DNA of 64,000 nt from Octopus vulgaris (Eukaryota): positions 57,970,001 through 58,034,000 of the forward strand of contig OX597818.1 of NCBI GenBank assembly GCA_951406725.2, in the 5' to 3' direction. Of the stretch, positions 38,483 through 54,251 are shown in pieces (the stretch's first letter is position 1; each line of letters opens with the position of its first letter). The notes under the pieces were generated by a model. It was not told the origin of the DNA, did not search any database, and was given only the letters and a program-made list of their open reading frames with translations. Position numbers and translations under genes: made by a program.

Positions 38483-41400
38483 TATATAAGCGAGCAGTAA
38501 AGGAAAAGAAATCTATCAACTGTTGAAACCGGTTAGGTCAGCATCGATATGCGCTTTACATGAAGGGATTTTACTTGAGATTTTACATGACGTTTTGATT
38601 ACACGTGATAGAGGTGAAGATATATCAAACCTTGACATGATATGTCTTCTAGTATAGTCTGTTTATCTCAAACCTCCAAGTGTAACTAACTGCTTTATCT
38701 TAATGCTCGTATTACACAAAATTTGTTGAGGGAAATTGAAGATTGACCTGTAGCTTTAAAGTGTTAGCTTTAATACTGTTAGTAGCTTTAAAAGTGTTTG
38801 TTGATGATCATAAGATGCAATCGCGTAGTCTGAAGTAAGTATGAGTAGAAACGCGAGAGTTCAATTTTATCAAATATATTCATAGGCACAGTGGAAATAA
38901 TCAATCAAGCCCAACATATTTGATTACATATTGTAACGATGTATAGATATTTTTCTGTGTAAATTAGGTGTGTTCTATATCATATTTTCGTAGACCGTAT
39001 GTTATATGTTATCGTCTACCACTGACCGAAAATAGACACATACATAAATGATAACTATTTCCTTGTTCTCGAGTGTAGACATTGCGTGAAACATTTCTGA
39101 ACCGTTTTCATTTTTTAGTAGCAGGGTTTTGGCTTTTCAGGACAGCAAGTGACCTACACTTTTTGGCACAGATGTTACATACGCTATTGCCTCCAACATA
39201 TTGAGCCATGCGATGGTCATCATGGTCTCTCATGCAACTGATACGCAGAACTTGCCGTATTCATGGCATGTGATTACGCAGTATGTAACATAACCCAAGT
39301 CTCGCTCTGCTGGAGCAGACTCTCGAACATTCATTGCCTCTGGTCACCCACATTTCCTGGTAATATCACATCAATGACTTTCTAGGAAATGTCTTCAAAT
39401 TTTCGTGATTTCTTCGAGCTATTTCAAAGTTGTCACTTCGGTTTTACACTGCCGGCCAATTGCAGTTCATTTATATATTTTCAACGATAGTTTTACACAA
39501 TCCATGAATCTCGGGATTCTGCCCATCATACAAGGTTAGCTTCGGAATACTGCAGTCCCCTATTTTCTCTAAGTAACTATCCTCCACTGGAGTCAGCACT
39601 GCAAAATGATTGACTCAATCATTCAACTCAACTTGTTTCAAAAACCTCAAAATCACTCATGTATTTTCCGACGCAGGCCCAAGATACGGTTAGACACTTG
39701 TGGTGAAAGAGCTCCAGCTGTTTCAGATGTTTCCCACTTCTCAGAAGCATACATCGGGGACAATAACACACATGTTATATTAATCTTCACTTGAATATCA
39801 TTAAAGACACCAAAGGTGAGACCTCAAGTGCTTTCTGAAATCATTACTGGCTTTGCTGGTTCTTAGAAACATTTCATCGAGAAGGCTTCTTAGTATATTG
39901 ACGCTAATTCAAAACCCTGTTCACAACTTGTACCTTATAACGATCGACTCGGATATCTAGTTCAAAGTATGGCACTCCCGTGCAAACTGATGTAAGAAAA
40001 GGGATTTTTTAAAGAACTACCGTGAGGCCTTGCGCAGAACGAGCTTTGGAAAAGGAGTCCATGATGCGTTGCCTGCTTTGTTGACTTCAAATGGGTCCCA
40101 GTCATCTACATAGAGAAATACTTTTAACAATGAAGACATGACTTATCAATCTGCGCTGAGACGTTTTATGGTGACAACTTTCCTGCGACTTTCCTGAAAT
40201 TCATGAAGGATTGCCACAAACATATTTGGACATCCACTTTCCTCAATATTTCCCATTGCATGGAAAATATTCTCTATTTTCTAGGTGAAGCGCTTCTGAA
40301 AAATATTCATACTATGTTCCATTGAAATGGATATATAAACAACCAGCTCGAGACCAATTTTGAAAAGTTATTATTCTGAAAATTAGAAAGGAGGAAGCTA
40401 TTTGGGAGGCGACAGCCTCTCTTTTGTGTGCCTTTACATTCGTAAGGTCTTGTGCCTGTATAAAATAACGGTGGGATTCGTCAAACTTACGCAATGCGTA
40501 TACTCAAAGTATCGATTATGAAATGAGAACTCTAGACCATTGATTTGAAAATCACAACAAATTTTGCACGGTGCTCTTGTACGATGCCTTGTGGTTAATA
40601 ATTATTTCGAGGGAAGCACTATGAGGATCGGCCCAGTGTTGTAATTATTAGGGACTAAAGGCATGGGTTTTCTGCTTATAAATTTGCTTATATAATTCTG
40701 CTTATAAATTTGCTCGTATTTTTTCCAAGACAATCCTATAAAATGTACGTCAGATATAATAAAAGAATGAAGAACATTTGTTTTTTTATTTCATTTTCCT
40801 TTTTTTGAATAACCAAAATTCGATTTAGTTTGCTTTCCCATCATAGTGATTTATACGTCGCGCCTGTGTCAATATTATGCCAACCATTAAATATTCATAT
40901 TTACAAAATCGTATTACAATGGCCCCTTTTCAAATAAATCATATTGAAAAAAAAATGTATAGGTCAGTGAACATTTGAAACAATACCGAAAACTATCAAT
41001 ATATATTATATTTGTTTAACTTACTAAACATACTGTAAAAACACAGCGAAATTAAGTATGTATAAATGCCATTTATATTGACCACATTAATAGTGAAAAA
41101 TATAAAGATATAAATCTGTAATTTATATGAGCATTAAGAATTAAGAAAACAACATATAACATATATATATAATGTTTTGAACAGAGCTGAATTGCTTATT
41201 GTTGTCCAATAAAATTAATAGCAGTGGAAAAGTTACAATATTTAAAATTCAAGACGCATATAATTTCTTATTTGACTGGTAGAAATAGCTACGAATTTCC
41301 CTCAGATTATTCCCTACAGTCAATATAATAATTGTTAGCTACGAAAGTTCACAATATTTATATGCAAAGTGACATTGGATAAAAGGCGTATACGGCCAGA

Positions 41401-41984
41401 TTTGATAAATGTCAAAAAACGACTAAATTGTTATAAATACTGTTTGTCTGCGATAGATAAATACCCTTACCACGAACCATTATGTGTATAAATGGATGTT
41501 ATTTATATCACAACAATCGAAGATGGAAGAAACCTATAAAATTACCTTGTGAAGAGAAAATTATTTAATAGAAATTTTCCTTACAATTCTGAGAAACATT
41601 CTACGTATGGATAATGCCATTCAAGAAAGAGGGATGTATTATCTGCGAAATTAAATTAAAATGAATCAAATAAAGAATGGAATGCAGTAGGAAACGAATT
41701 TAATAGTTATTATACGCATGGTTTCTAAAACAGGAAAATCCCAGGCATTATATACAAGTTATTTCAGTGAAATCTGAATGTCGAGACATCATAAATTAAT
41801 CAGATCAGATATGTATGGAGTCTAATCCTAATTGAAACAAATGGAAATCAGTGATTGCTAATTAGTTAATATTATTGTGATAATAGTTCAAATTCCACGG
41901 CGGTCGACTTTTCCTTTCATCATACTGGGAACGATAAATAGGATTTCAGCATTGGGGTCGATCTAATCGTCTTATCCTCTCTCG

Positions 41985-42345
41985 TGGAGGCGCAATGGCC
42001 CAGTGGTTAGGGCAGCGGACTCGCGGTCATAGGATCGCAGTTTCGATTCCCAGACCGGGCGTTGTGAGTGTTTATTGAGCGAAAACACCTAAAGCTCCAC
42101 GAGGCCCGGCAGGGGATGGTGGTGATCCCTGCTGTACTCTTTCACCACAACTTTCTCCTGGTTCTGTTGTACCTGTATTTCAAAGGGCTGGCCTTGTCAC
42201 TCTCTGTGTCACGCTGAATATCCCCGAGAAGGGTGCACGTGTCTGTGGAGTGCTCAGCCACTTACACGTTGATTTCACGAGCAGGCTGTTCCGTTGATTC
42301 GGATCAACCGGAAACCTCATCGTCGTAACCGACGGAGTGCTTCCA
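41985..42345 (+). mobile_element. SINE family B, tail type 1, nested among older family A pieces
   Basis: Matches 8574-8957. Confidence 0.88.
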
Positions 42346-42685
42346 CCCCTTACTAGTCCTCTCCCACGAATCATGAGCATGCCGAACAAACTGCTTTTCG
42401 GTATTTTGCCCGTCATTAGGTTCTCAAATCGATTTTCGCTGAGGTGAACTTTGTTTTTCGTGGCTTTGGGGTCGATTAAATAAGTACCGGCTGAGCACTG
42501 ACGCTGTTGTAATCGATTCACTCCCATTCCGAAATTACTAACCACGGGCCAAAATCTGAATCTGATTTTATAGTGAAGGCGAGGGATATCTTTTGACTAA
42601 TTCTGATTAGGCAGATGAGAAAACAACCATTCTTTCTGTTATACAACGAAAGATTTCCTTTAGCTAATTGCTAGTATTACAAATG

Positions 42686-43072
42686 TGGAGGCACAATGGC
42701 CCTGTGGTTAGGGCAAGCGGACTCGCGGTCTTAGGATCACGGTTTCGAATTTCCAGACGAGATGTTGGGAGTGTTTATTGAGCGAAAACACCTAAAGCTC
42801 CACGATGTTCCGACAGGGGGTGGTGGAGAACCCTGCTGTACTTTTTCACCATAACTTTCTCACACTCTTTCTTCCTATTTCTTTTGTACCTATATTTGAA
42901 AGGGGCCAGCCTTGTCACACACTGTAGTCACGCTACATCTCCCTGAAAACTACGTTAAAGGTACACTTGTCTGTGGAGTACTCAGCCACTTGTACGTTAA
43001 TTTTCACGAGCAGCCTGTTCCGTTGATCGGATCAACTGGAACCCTCATCGTCATAACCGACGGAATGCCGCG
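42686..43072 (+). mobile_element. SINE family B, tail type 1 (more diverged)
   Basis: 12-bp TSD agtattacaaat at 42673-42684 and 43074-43085. Confidence 0.88.
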
Positions 43073-43116
43073 AAGTATTACAAATTCAGACCATTATTCT
43101 TTGCATTTGAATCATA

Positions 43117-43327
43117 TACTCTTTTACTCTATTACTTGTCAGTCATTTGACTGCGGCCATGCTGGAGCACCGCCTTTAGTCGAGCAAATCGAACCCGGGA
43201 ATTATTCTTTGTAAGCCCAGTACTTATTCTATCGGTCTCTTTTGCCGAACCGCAAAGTGACGGGGACGTAAACACACCAGCATCGGTTGTCAAGCAATGC
43301 TAGGGGGACAAACACAAATACACAAAC

Positions 43328-43402
<75 letters not shown>

Positions 43403-43571
43403 TATACGACAGGCTTCTTTCGGTTTCCGTCTACCAAATCAACTCACAAGGCATTGATCGGACCGGGGCTATAGCAGAAGACACTTGCCCAAGATGCCAC
43501 GCAGTGGGACTGAACCTGGAACCATGTGGTTGGTTAGCAAGCTACTTACCACACAGCCACTCCTGCGCCTA
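43117..43571 (-). mobile_element. SINE family C
   Basis: Reverse complement of 12963-13390. Confidence 0.9.
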
Positions 43572-43939
43572 TATATGTTTCTCAGAATATTAACAGCGAC
43601 ACGCAGTTGTTGACCAAATTTCGCATAAGCGTTACATTACCGTGGTTTGCTAGTGTGGCAATACTCACCGATTGCATTTAGAATAGAATACATTTACGAC
43701 GTGTTCGAGCTAAATATGATGATTATCATGCTCACTGTTTTGAGGAACATCGGGATGTATTGGGGGAAATGTCAACGGGCTTAGAATGTATAAAGGTTAA
43801 ATTTATATTTGAGAAAGGTTATCCAACTTGGATGATAGGATATTGGTAAAGTGTTACTTCTACCATTATGGTTCGCTCTGGATATCAAAATGCCGATGTC
43901 TTCATCGCTGTGCAATGTTCTGTTATTACTGTGAAAGAT

Positions 43940-44172
43940 AAGGCGGCGAGCTGGCAGAAACGTTAGCGCGCCGGGCGAAATACTTAGCGGTATTTCGTCT
44001 GTCGTTACTTTCTGAGTTCAAATTCCGCCGAGGTCGACTTTGCCTTTCACCCTTTCGGGGTCGATAAATTAAGCACCAGTTACGCACTGGGGTCAATGTA
44101 ATCGACTTAATCCCTTTGTTTGTTCTTGTTTGTCCCCTCTATGTTTAGCCCCTTGTGGGTAGTAAAGAAATA
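43940..44172 (+). mobile_element. Full-length SINE family A
   Basis: 16-bp TSD tattactgtgaaagat at 43924-43939 and 44173-44188. Confidence 0.92.
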
Positions 44173-46060
44173 TATTACTGTGAAAGATGTAAGGCTTGTC
44201 GTGGACAGCTGCAACAGAGACTACGAGGCCGTAACCAAAGGGAAGGGACACAGAAGTCGTTCTTCCTGCATCTTCCTGGCTGAATTAATCCAGCATCTGA
44301 TGGACAAGTCGGTAGGCTCAATTCATACGGCCATTCGAAGCTGCTAGCGTCTTTGATGAAACTCTGACTATAAAGGGTGGCTGCTGGATGGTTATATGTG
44401 CGGCAATATGATTCAGTTTCTTGCCATACCTCTTGAGACGCTACAAGTAACCGCTGCAAAATTACTACAATTTCACGAGACTTTCTAGGCTCATAAATTC
44501 TCTTGATTGTAATCTCATGGATTACTATGTGTAAGACGCGGGTGAGAATTACTCCAACCTCTCTGTCTGCAAATCCAAGTCCGAACCGGTGGGAAAGATC
44601 ACGGATGTGTTCGCAGTTTTTCTCAGAAACACAGAGAGAGAGAGAAGCATGCACCATATACTGGGCGGTCCCATTTGCGGTCGTGGTGGAAGCTGAGGGT
44701 GAGTACTTTGAATAGGCTGTTACCCTCCAGCCATAAGCTGACAAACTTACATAAAAACATATTTAATTACTTTTGTATGTATTCTCTGCTGCCCATGCTT
44801 TTCTCCCTTACATATTTATCAAAGATGTAAAATATAAAGTTTAAAATATGATGCAGCTTGCCAAGAAGAATATTGAGTATGTAACATTTGTCCCAATCGA
44901 GACGAATCTTGTGTTGTGTAGTGGGATGTCTAGCATTATGTTTTTTTTTTAAGGCAGGAAGTTTTCTATCCAACATTAACATTGCTGAACGTAGACTTCA
45001 GAAGATTTTATTTGATCCGAGTGTAAAATCTCACTCAGAATAATTTTTTTCCACATTCGACTAATGATTCAAATGAAAACTAACGTATGAATTCATCTTT
45101 GTAGATGTGTTACACGTTTAAAATTTGGATCTAAGTAGTGTCTGAAGCGTTTTAGTATTACTGTAAATGAAAAGTGGGTGAGCTAGAGTAATCGTTCGTA
45201 CACCTTGCAAAGAGCATAGCGGCATTTCGTCCGCTGTAACGTTCTGAGTTCAAATTATTTTGTCGAGGTGGACTTTACCTTTCATCCTTGCAGGGTCGGT
45301 GATTTAATTGCCAGTTGAGCAATGGGGGTGATCGACCTAGCCCCCTCCCTGAAATTACTGGTGATATACCATGACTTGAATCCAATATTTCTGTAAGGAA
45401 TCCACTACTCATTTATCTTCCCCGATATTGCTTTTAAAAATAGTCCATCGGCTGCAGCGTATGGAAAAAATGACAACAGTCATGCATTCGTTGAAAATCT
45501 TTTATTGGAAGTGTATGAAGAAACAGTTTATCCGTTTCGAAAGCATTCCTCAACTTTCCCAAGCGATTATGAATTATCATAACGCTAACATCTCATTCAG
45601 TGGGAAGATATAGCAAGATTCCTTACAAGTATTGCTTGTAGCATTTCTTTATCAAATTCGACAGGACGCCGAAAATTAGATTCATCAAGTGAATGGAAAT
45701 TGACTTTTCTAAATTTTTGAAACAGCATTCTGCAATATTAACAATAAAACAGTTCAACATTTCTCGTTGCTACTCATACGTTAAAAACTAGATTAAATTC
45801 GTAAAGTATAGTGCGACGAATAATCTCTGTACCTGGTTACATGAAGTGTTCTACATATAGAAAATTAAAGAATATTGAGATAAGATTGTTTCTCTGTGGG
45901 AACCAATCAGAAAATGATTATGTATCAGTAAACGCCAGTATAATATCTTTAAAAAACAGTTATACGTTATCGTTACCGGAGAGAACTGTCTAGACAATTT
46001 GAAATATGGTGTGGTAGGTTTCCTTTCACCATTTAACTGTGGATATTATTAATTTCCAAT

Positions 46061-46680
46061 AAGGCGGCGAACTGGCTTAATACTTAGCACGGCGGGGAGA
46101 AAAGCTTAATGGCATTTGGACCATCTTCACGTTCTGATTTCAATTTCACTGATGTCGACTTTGTCTTTTATCATTTTAGGGTTGATAAAATAAGGACCAG
46201 TTGAGCATTGGTGGCGATGTAATCGACTTAGCCCCGCTTCTGTATTTGCTGCTCTTGTACCAAAATTTGAAACCAATATAAATTTGTACTATGTTGGTGG
46301 GCTGACAGAATCGTTAGCACGTCGCGCAAAATGCTAAGCGGTATTTTGTCCATCTTTCAAATTCAACCGAATTCCGTTTTGCCCTTTATCCATTCGGGGT
46401 CAATAATACAAGTACCATGTAAGCAATGAAGTGCATGTAATCGACTAGCCACGTCCCCGACATCGATGACTTTGCCTCAATGTTAAAAAGGAATATTAAT
46501 TTGCACAAAGGCGGTTAACTTGCAGAACCATTAGCACGTTCTTTCGCACGTGGTTACGTTCTGATTTCAAATTTCGCTGAGAACGATTTGCTTTTTATTC
46601 TGTCATGGTCGATAAAATAAGAACCAGTCATGTACCAGATGTGATGTAATCGACTCCTCCTCTCCAAAATAATTACTGGC
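46061..46680 (+). mobile_element. Three old head-to-tail family A-related SINE copies
   Basis: Degenerate heads at ~46061, 46295 and 46509, each with a gatgtaatcgact-like motif. Confidence 0.65.
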
Positions 46681-47059
46681 GTTAATGTAAAGAAATAAAA
46701 ACTTGAACGTTACCACATGCAATTGATAAAAAGTTCATATAAAAACCTAAATCACTAAAGCTACAACTACTACAACACCATTACGTTTTATCTTTAACAT
46801 AGTTTAATGAATGATATTATAAAATATCAACGACATATTAATGAGAAACTTGATTAATTAAATCTATAGAAACGACATATTATACGGCCACCTGTACAGA
46901 AAAACTAATATACATGTTTACTATTTAATTAATATTTTTTATGTCAATATTATATCTACTAAGCATCACTTAATCCTTATATTTACAGATGCTAATGTAA
47001 TAAAGCATGAAGTATCAACAGATTTAAAGTTTTAGTATTTTTAATATATTTTAATTATT

Positions 47060-48226
<1,167 letters not shown>

Positions 48227-48900
48227 ACATGAAAAACGAGTCTCTTTCTTCGTTTCCTTGTATTTAAGAGGAAATATTTATATTTAAATATCAATATCTT
48301 AAGTTCATATCTAATATTTATTTACTAAGAAATCTTTATTCTTATAGTTACAGATGTTAGCGTATGAAACATGAAATACTGACCTATTCAAAGTACTAGT
48401 AGCTCTAACATATAATTTATTTATTTATGATAGCAATATATTTAATGGTAGTTTTTTTGAGCCCATTTACATGCGTGAACACATGACAAAATTTTAGCTT
48501 TAGTAATATAAGTTTTCATGTAAATTTATTAGTAATTTATATAAGTAGTTTATTAATTTAGGTCTTAATATAAAATCTTTATCAATTGGATGTGGTAACG
48601 TTTGGGTTTTCTTTTGTTTACATACTACTCTATATGATCATAAATATTGCGCACAAATATAGGTGACTATAATATGGAAATTAATATACTATATACTATA
48701 ATATGGAAATTAATAAGCAGTTTTTAATGCGTCATATTTTTTGTTGCCTAATATTTTAACAAGTGCACGTACAATTTCATGATGAATCTTATCGCTCTCA
48801 CTACCCCTGTAACACCTAGTTAACCCTAACCGCAACACCACTACCAGTAACAATTATTATCTATTACAAAGGCATGTGCACATCTATATCAATCATATTT

Positions 48901-48944
<44 letters not shown>

Positions 48945-49237
48945 GATAAACATCGCCCTTTTCAAGCCTAGCCAGACTCATGCACCCGGTTTCCTGGTTT
49001 CTGTGGCGTATGTGTTCCCTTCAGCTGGGCGGGACGCCAGTCCATCGCAGCGTTACTCAAGAAACAGGAAGAGAGAGTGAAGGAAAGTTGTGGTGAAAGA
49101 GTACAACAGGAGTCGCCACCACACCCTGCCGGAGCCTTGTGGAGCTTTTAGGTGTTTTCGCACAATAAACACACACAACTCCCAGTCTGGGAATCGAAAC
49201 CGCGTTCTTCCGACCGCGACGCCGCTGCCCTAACCCC
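48945..49237 (-). mobile_element. SINE family B, tail type 3 (V-domain-like)
   Basis: Family B head followed by ctgcgatggactggcgtcccgcccag. Confidence 0.75.
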
Positions 49238-49294
49238 TAAATACACATACATAGTTACACACACACATGTATATATATATATATATATATACAG

Positions 49295-49326
<32 letters not shown>

Positions 49327-49492
49327 CTAAGCAATAAAGGGTTTAGCAACGAATTGCCTTACCACAGACCGAATTTAGAAATAGCAGTCAAAGAGTTATA
49401 GCTATTTCTTCTACTAAAAAGGGAGATCTCAGTAAAAAACACAGCAATTGGAAGGCAGACACAAACAGGTAAGAGAGAATTTCACCCTTCAT

Positions 49493-49727
<235 letters not shown>

Positions 49728-50997
49728 TTATATCAGCTTATATATTTGTCGGACAGTATGGACAGACATACACACACAGAAACGGTCTCTCATTCACGTG
49801 CACACACTTCAACCCTCTTTGCCTGCCACAGATGTACATATTAGTTTAATTTGTGTTTGATTGTTACAACACTCTTGTAATCCTCAACACACACTCACAC
49901 ACACGCAGGCCCACACACACACACACACGCACAAACAAACACAGACACACACAATGAAACAGACACACACACTCAGCAACTCACACACACAAACACCGAC
50001 GCAAACAAACACTTTTTCACCTGTTACATCGTTGTCCTTGTTATCTCCTATTTTCTGAAACACGACAAATTCACTCCTCGCTGCTAATTCCTTTTGACGC
50101 AGCGTGTGTTTTGGCTAGATTTGCACACATACATCACAGTTACTTCTTCTCCGCTGATGTTATCAGCCTGTTCAAAATTGTTATCTTTTCGTGGATAAAC
50201 TTCTTTTCTTTTAACAAGGCTCTGTATATTCCACAAACTCTTCGGGCATTTTCTCTCAAGTAATTGGTATCGTTGTTAGGCTTGTCTATTTTTAACTCAT
50301 TTACTTTTGTTTATCAGTGTTTAGTTCCAGTCGTCTTCCTTTGTTACCAAACTTCCTACACTAACGTACTTTTTATATATATATACTTGCACACATATCA
50401 GTGTAACGTTTCAAATTGTTCTTGCTCTTGCATTTGATTTAACGGTATCTTTATTCCTTCAAACATGTACCCTCGCACCTTACCAATAGTAATTTTCTCC
50501 ACATACGTATCGATTTCCCATTTATAACACTTATAAACCACACTTATAACTTCCCACACTTATAAACCTATGCCACAAGGCTTTTAAATTTTCACACTTC
50601 TGCAAATACAACACATGAACATATACACGTATACATACACAGATAGCCAAACACACACACAAATACAGCACCCTTCACGTCTTCCTAGTTTTCTCTTTGT
50701 GTTTACACACCCGAGCCTTCTGTCCCTTCCGAAATACAACACTCCCTTCCGTTTTTAGCATTTAACCCATTATTTTTATCCATCCACTCTGACTGTTATT
50801 CTTTCTCAGTCAATGGATTTACGGTTCTTTCTTCTTATGAGGAAGAAACGCTAAGATACATTGCCTTTCCACTAGAGCTCTCAGGTTACGTCTTCTCAAA
50901 TGTCGTTCCTTCTGTGTTGCTTTGCTGTTGTATTCATACACAAACACACGCAGTCGGATACACACACACATACGCATTCGGATACACACACACACGC

Positions 50998-51470
50998 AGA
51001 TACGCACAACGCCTTACTTCTCTGGGCAGGGATACATTGAAACTCCGACGTCTGGCAGCTGACTTGGCAGACACCCATAAAATTATTAACCATCTTACAA
51101 ACAATAACTCTGAGCACCTTTTCAAACTCTATCTGTCTAACACCCGTGGACATATTTATTTACTAAGTCAGAAAACAGCGCAGCTCCCATGACTTTCGGA
51201 AACATTTTTTTCCTAAGAGTTGCTGAAGCATGGAACAAACTGCCGGCATCAGTTGTTAGTTGTCGGAGCACTGCATCCTTCAGAACTTCCATGCTTCCTG
51301 AGATTCGCCAACACTACACCTGATTTTCTCCCCTCCATACACACGCAAGCATGTATCTGACTCATACACTGTTCGCTTTCCAGATATTTGTACATTACTG
51401 CATATGCCTTATACACACTTTTGTCAAGTGGTGGTGCACCTGAGGACTGTATACACTAATTTCATCATTA
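50998..51470 (+). mobile_element. CR1-clade LINE 3' fragment
   Basis: YAQRLTSLGRDTLKLRRLAADL...NTRGH...RVAEAWNKLP. Confidence 0.85.
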
Positions 51471-51654
51471 TTTTTTTTTCTTCTTTCAAATTTGCTTCCA
51501 TTTCTTGCCGAGTGTCTTCCCGACTCCTAGGGCAAAGAAACTCATAGTATACATTGGTAGGCCATTAAACCAAACTCAGTAGTTCGTTCATTTTTTTTTT
51601 TTAAAGTTAAATTAAAATACATGAGCAGCAACAGTTCTCACATCGACAATGCTC

Positions 51655-51724
<70 letters not shown>

Positions 51725-52140
51725 CAGACGCACACGGATGCACACACATGTGGTAGTGCGTGCAGGTATTTGTTCTAGTCACTAGTCCTTGTTCCTATAG
51801 TCACTTACAGAATATGTCGCTTTTAAGTAATTGTTTCAATCAGGGACGGTTGAATAGATATCACGTTCAGGTTGACTTTTCAAATATTGAAATTTTCACT
51901 GATATATATCAAAAATATTCAGTGACATTTATTGACTGGCATCCTGATTCTTCTTTCGTAGTTCACTGCAATAATGTTGGATCCCGAAAAATTCATAACA
52001 TACTCTTTGATACTTTGAAAATTGTCTGAATATACATCTTACGAACGGGCATGTTTGTCTACCCTATTTGTTCTTTAAAATAATACAAAACCCATGTTAT
52101 ATTTGAAATATTATAAATCGAGTATATTTACTATAAACGA

Positions 52141-52558
52141 AGGCGGCGAGCTGGCAGAAACGTTAGCGCGCCGGGCGAAATGCTTAGCGGTATGTCGTCT
52201 GCCGTTACGTTCTGAGTTCAAATTCCGCCGAGGTCAACTTTGCCTTTCATCCTTTCGGGGTCGATTAAATAAATACCAGTTACGCACTGGGGTCGATATA
52301 ATGGACTTAATCCGTTTGTCTGTCCTTGTTTGTCCTCTCTGTGTTTAGCCTCTTGTGGGTAGTAAAGAAATAGGCATTTCGTCTGCCATTACGTTGTGAG
52401 TTCAAATTCCGCCGAGGTCGATTTGCCTTTCATCCTTTCGGGATCGATAAATTAAGTACCATTTGCGCACTAGGGTCGATGTAATCGAGTTTATCCTTTT
52501 GTCTATCCTTGCTTGTCCCCTCTATGTTTAGCCCCTTGTGGGCAGTAAAGAAACAGGT
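52141..52558 (+). mobile_element. SINE family A dimer
   Basis: Full monomer followed by a headless unit restarting at ggcatttcgtctg. Confidence 0.88.
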
Positions 52559-53649
52559 ATCCAATTAATCGGAAGGAAAATGAAATATCTAGAAACACAT
52601 ATATTCAGGAGAATATGAATAGAATTGTGAATATTCCGTTTCAAAACATTAATTTAAAAATCGAATGAGAATGTGAAATTCCTATTTGCCAATAACACAC
52701 ACACACACACACACACATGTGCATACACATTCGCATGCACACACCCACTTTAATAACATTTCTTAATTTGAAATGTAAATCAAAAGCTTTGTAGCATTGT
52801 ATATGACTTCAGAATATCTATGTATAATGATCAATTGTCTGAATATACATCTGCCTGTATATCTTTGTCTTAAATTGTAAGCATTTAATTATCTGGAGCA
52901 TTGTTATTTTAAAGAAGAAAAAAATAACGATTGCTTTAAATGCTTTCAAACTCAGAAGAAAATAATTTCTGTATCACACATATATAGAATGTTTAAGACA
53001 ATTTTTCAAAACAATCATATTTCATATGTTAAACAATATAAACCTTTAAATATGATATAAAATTCCCATTATTTAAGAATATAATAAACAATAAAGATAA
53101 TGAAATTTTCAAAACCTTTATTCTTTCCAAACGTATGAAATCAGGTTATCACGACAAATATTTTGATTCTATATTTCAAGACTTTTATTTTTAGATTTTG
53201 ATTACGAATAAATTAACTATAAATTCTGGTATTTTCCCTTATTGTTAAGACTGTATATTTAGCAGAAAACATTTATTTTTGTTTCATTTTACGAACACGT
53301 GCAACTTATTTCACATTTATTGAACATTTATAATACCGAAATATTGTTACACGCATAGAAAATAATCTTTTTGTTGGACTGCGCATTATTATAGAATGTT
53401 TAAAATAATAATAGAGCCTTCATTTATTAATGGTTGCATAGATGTGCATTTTCTGTATTGCAAACATATTAAATATTGATTTGAATATGTTAAATACTTT
53501 TAGTTCCGTCACTGATATGAAAACGTAATCAGTGAAATTTTAATTCTGCACTCGTTAATTATTTAACGGATATTTTTGTATGGTTTTATATAGTATATGG
53601 ATATTTATATCAAATGGAACCATTTCCATTGCCGATTGTGTTGCAATCG

Positions 53650-54251
53650 AAGGCGGTGAGCTGGCAGAATCGTTAGCATGCCAGGCAAAATGCTTTGTGG
53701 TATTTGGTCTGCCGCTACGTTCTGAGTTCGAATTCCGCCGAGGTCGACTTTGCCTTTCATCCTTTCGGGGTCGATAAATTAACTACCAGTTACGCACTGG
53801 GGTCGATATAATCGATTTAATCCCTTTGTCCGTCCTTCTTTGTCCTCTCTGTATTTGGCCCCTTGTGGGCAATATACAAATAGGTATTTCGTCTGCCGTT
53901 ACGTTCTGAGTTCAAATTCCGCCGAGGTCGACGTTGCCTTTCATCCTTTCGGGGTCGGTTAAACAAGTACCAGTTACGCACTGGGATCGATATAATCGAT
54001 TTAATCCCTTTGTCCGTCCTTCTTTGTCCTCTCTGTGTTTAGCCCCTTGTGGGCAATAAAGAAATAGGTATTTCGTCTGTCTTCACGTTCCGAGTTCAAA
54101 TTTCGCCGAAGTCGATTTTGCTTTTCATCCTTTCGGGGTCGATAAATTAAGTACCAGTTACGCACTGTTGTCGATGTAATCGACTTAGTCCGTTTGTCTG
54201 TCCTTGTTTTTCCTCTCTGTGTTTAGCTCCTTGTGGGTAGTAAAGAAATAG
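53650..54251 (+). mobile_element. SINE family A trimer within a single TSD
   Basis: TSD tgtgttgcaatc at 53637-53648 and 54254-54265. Confidence 0.9.
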
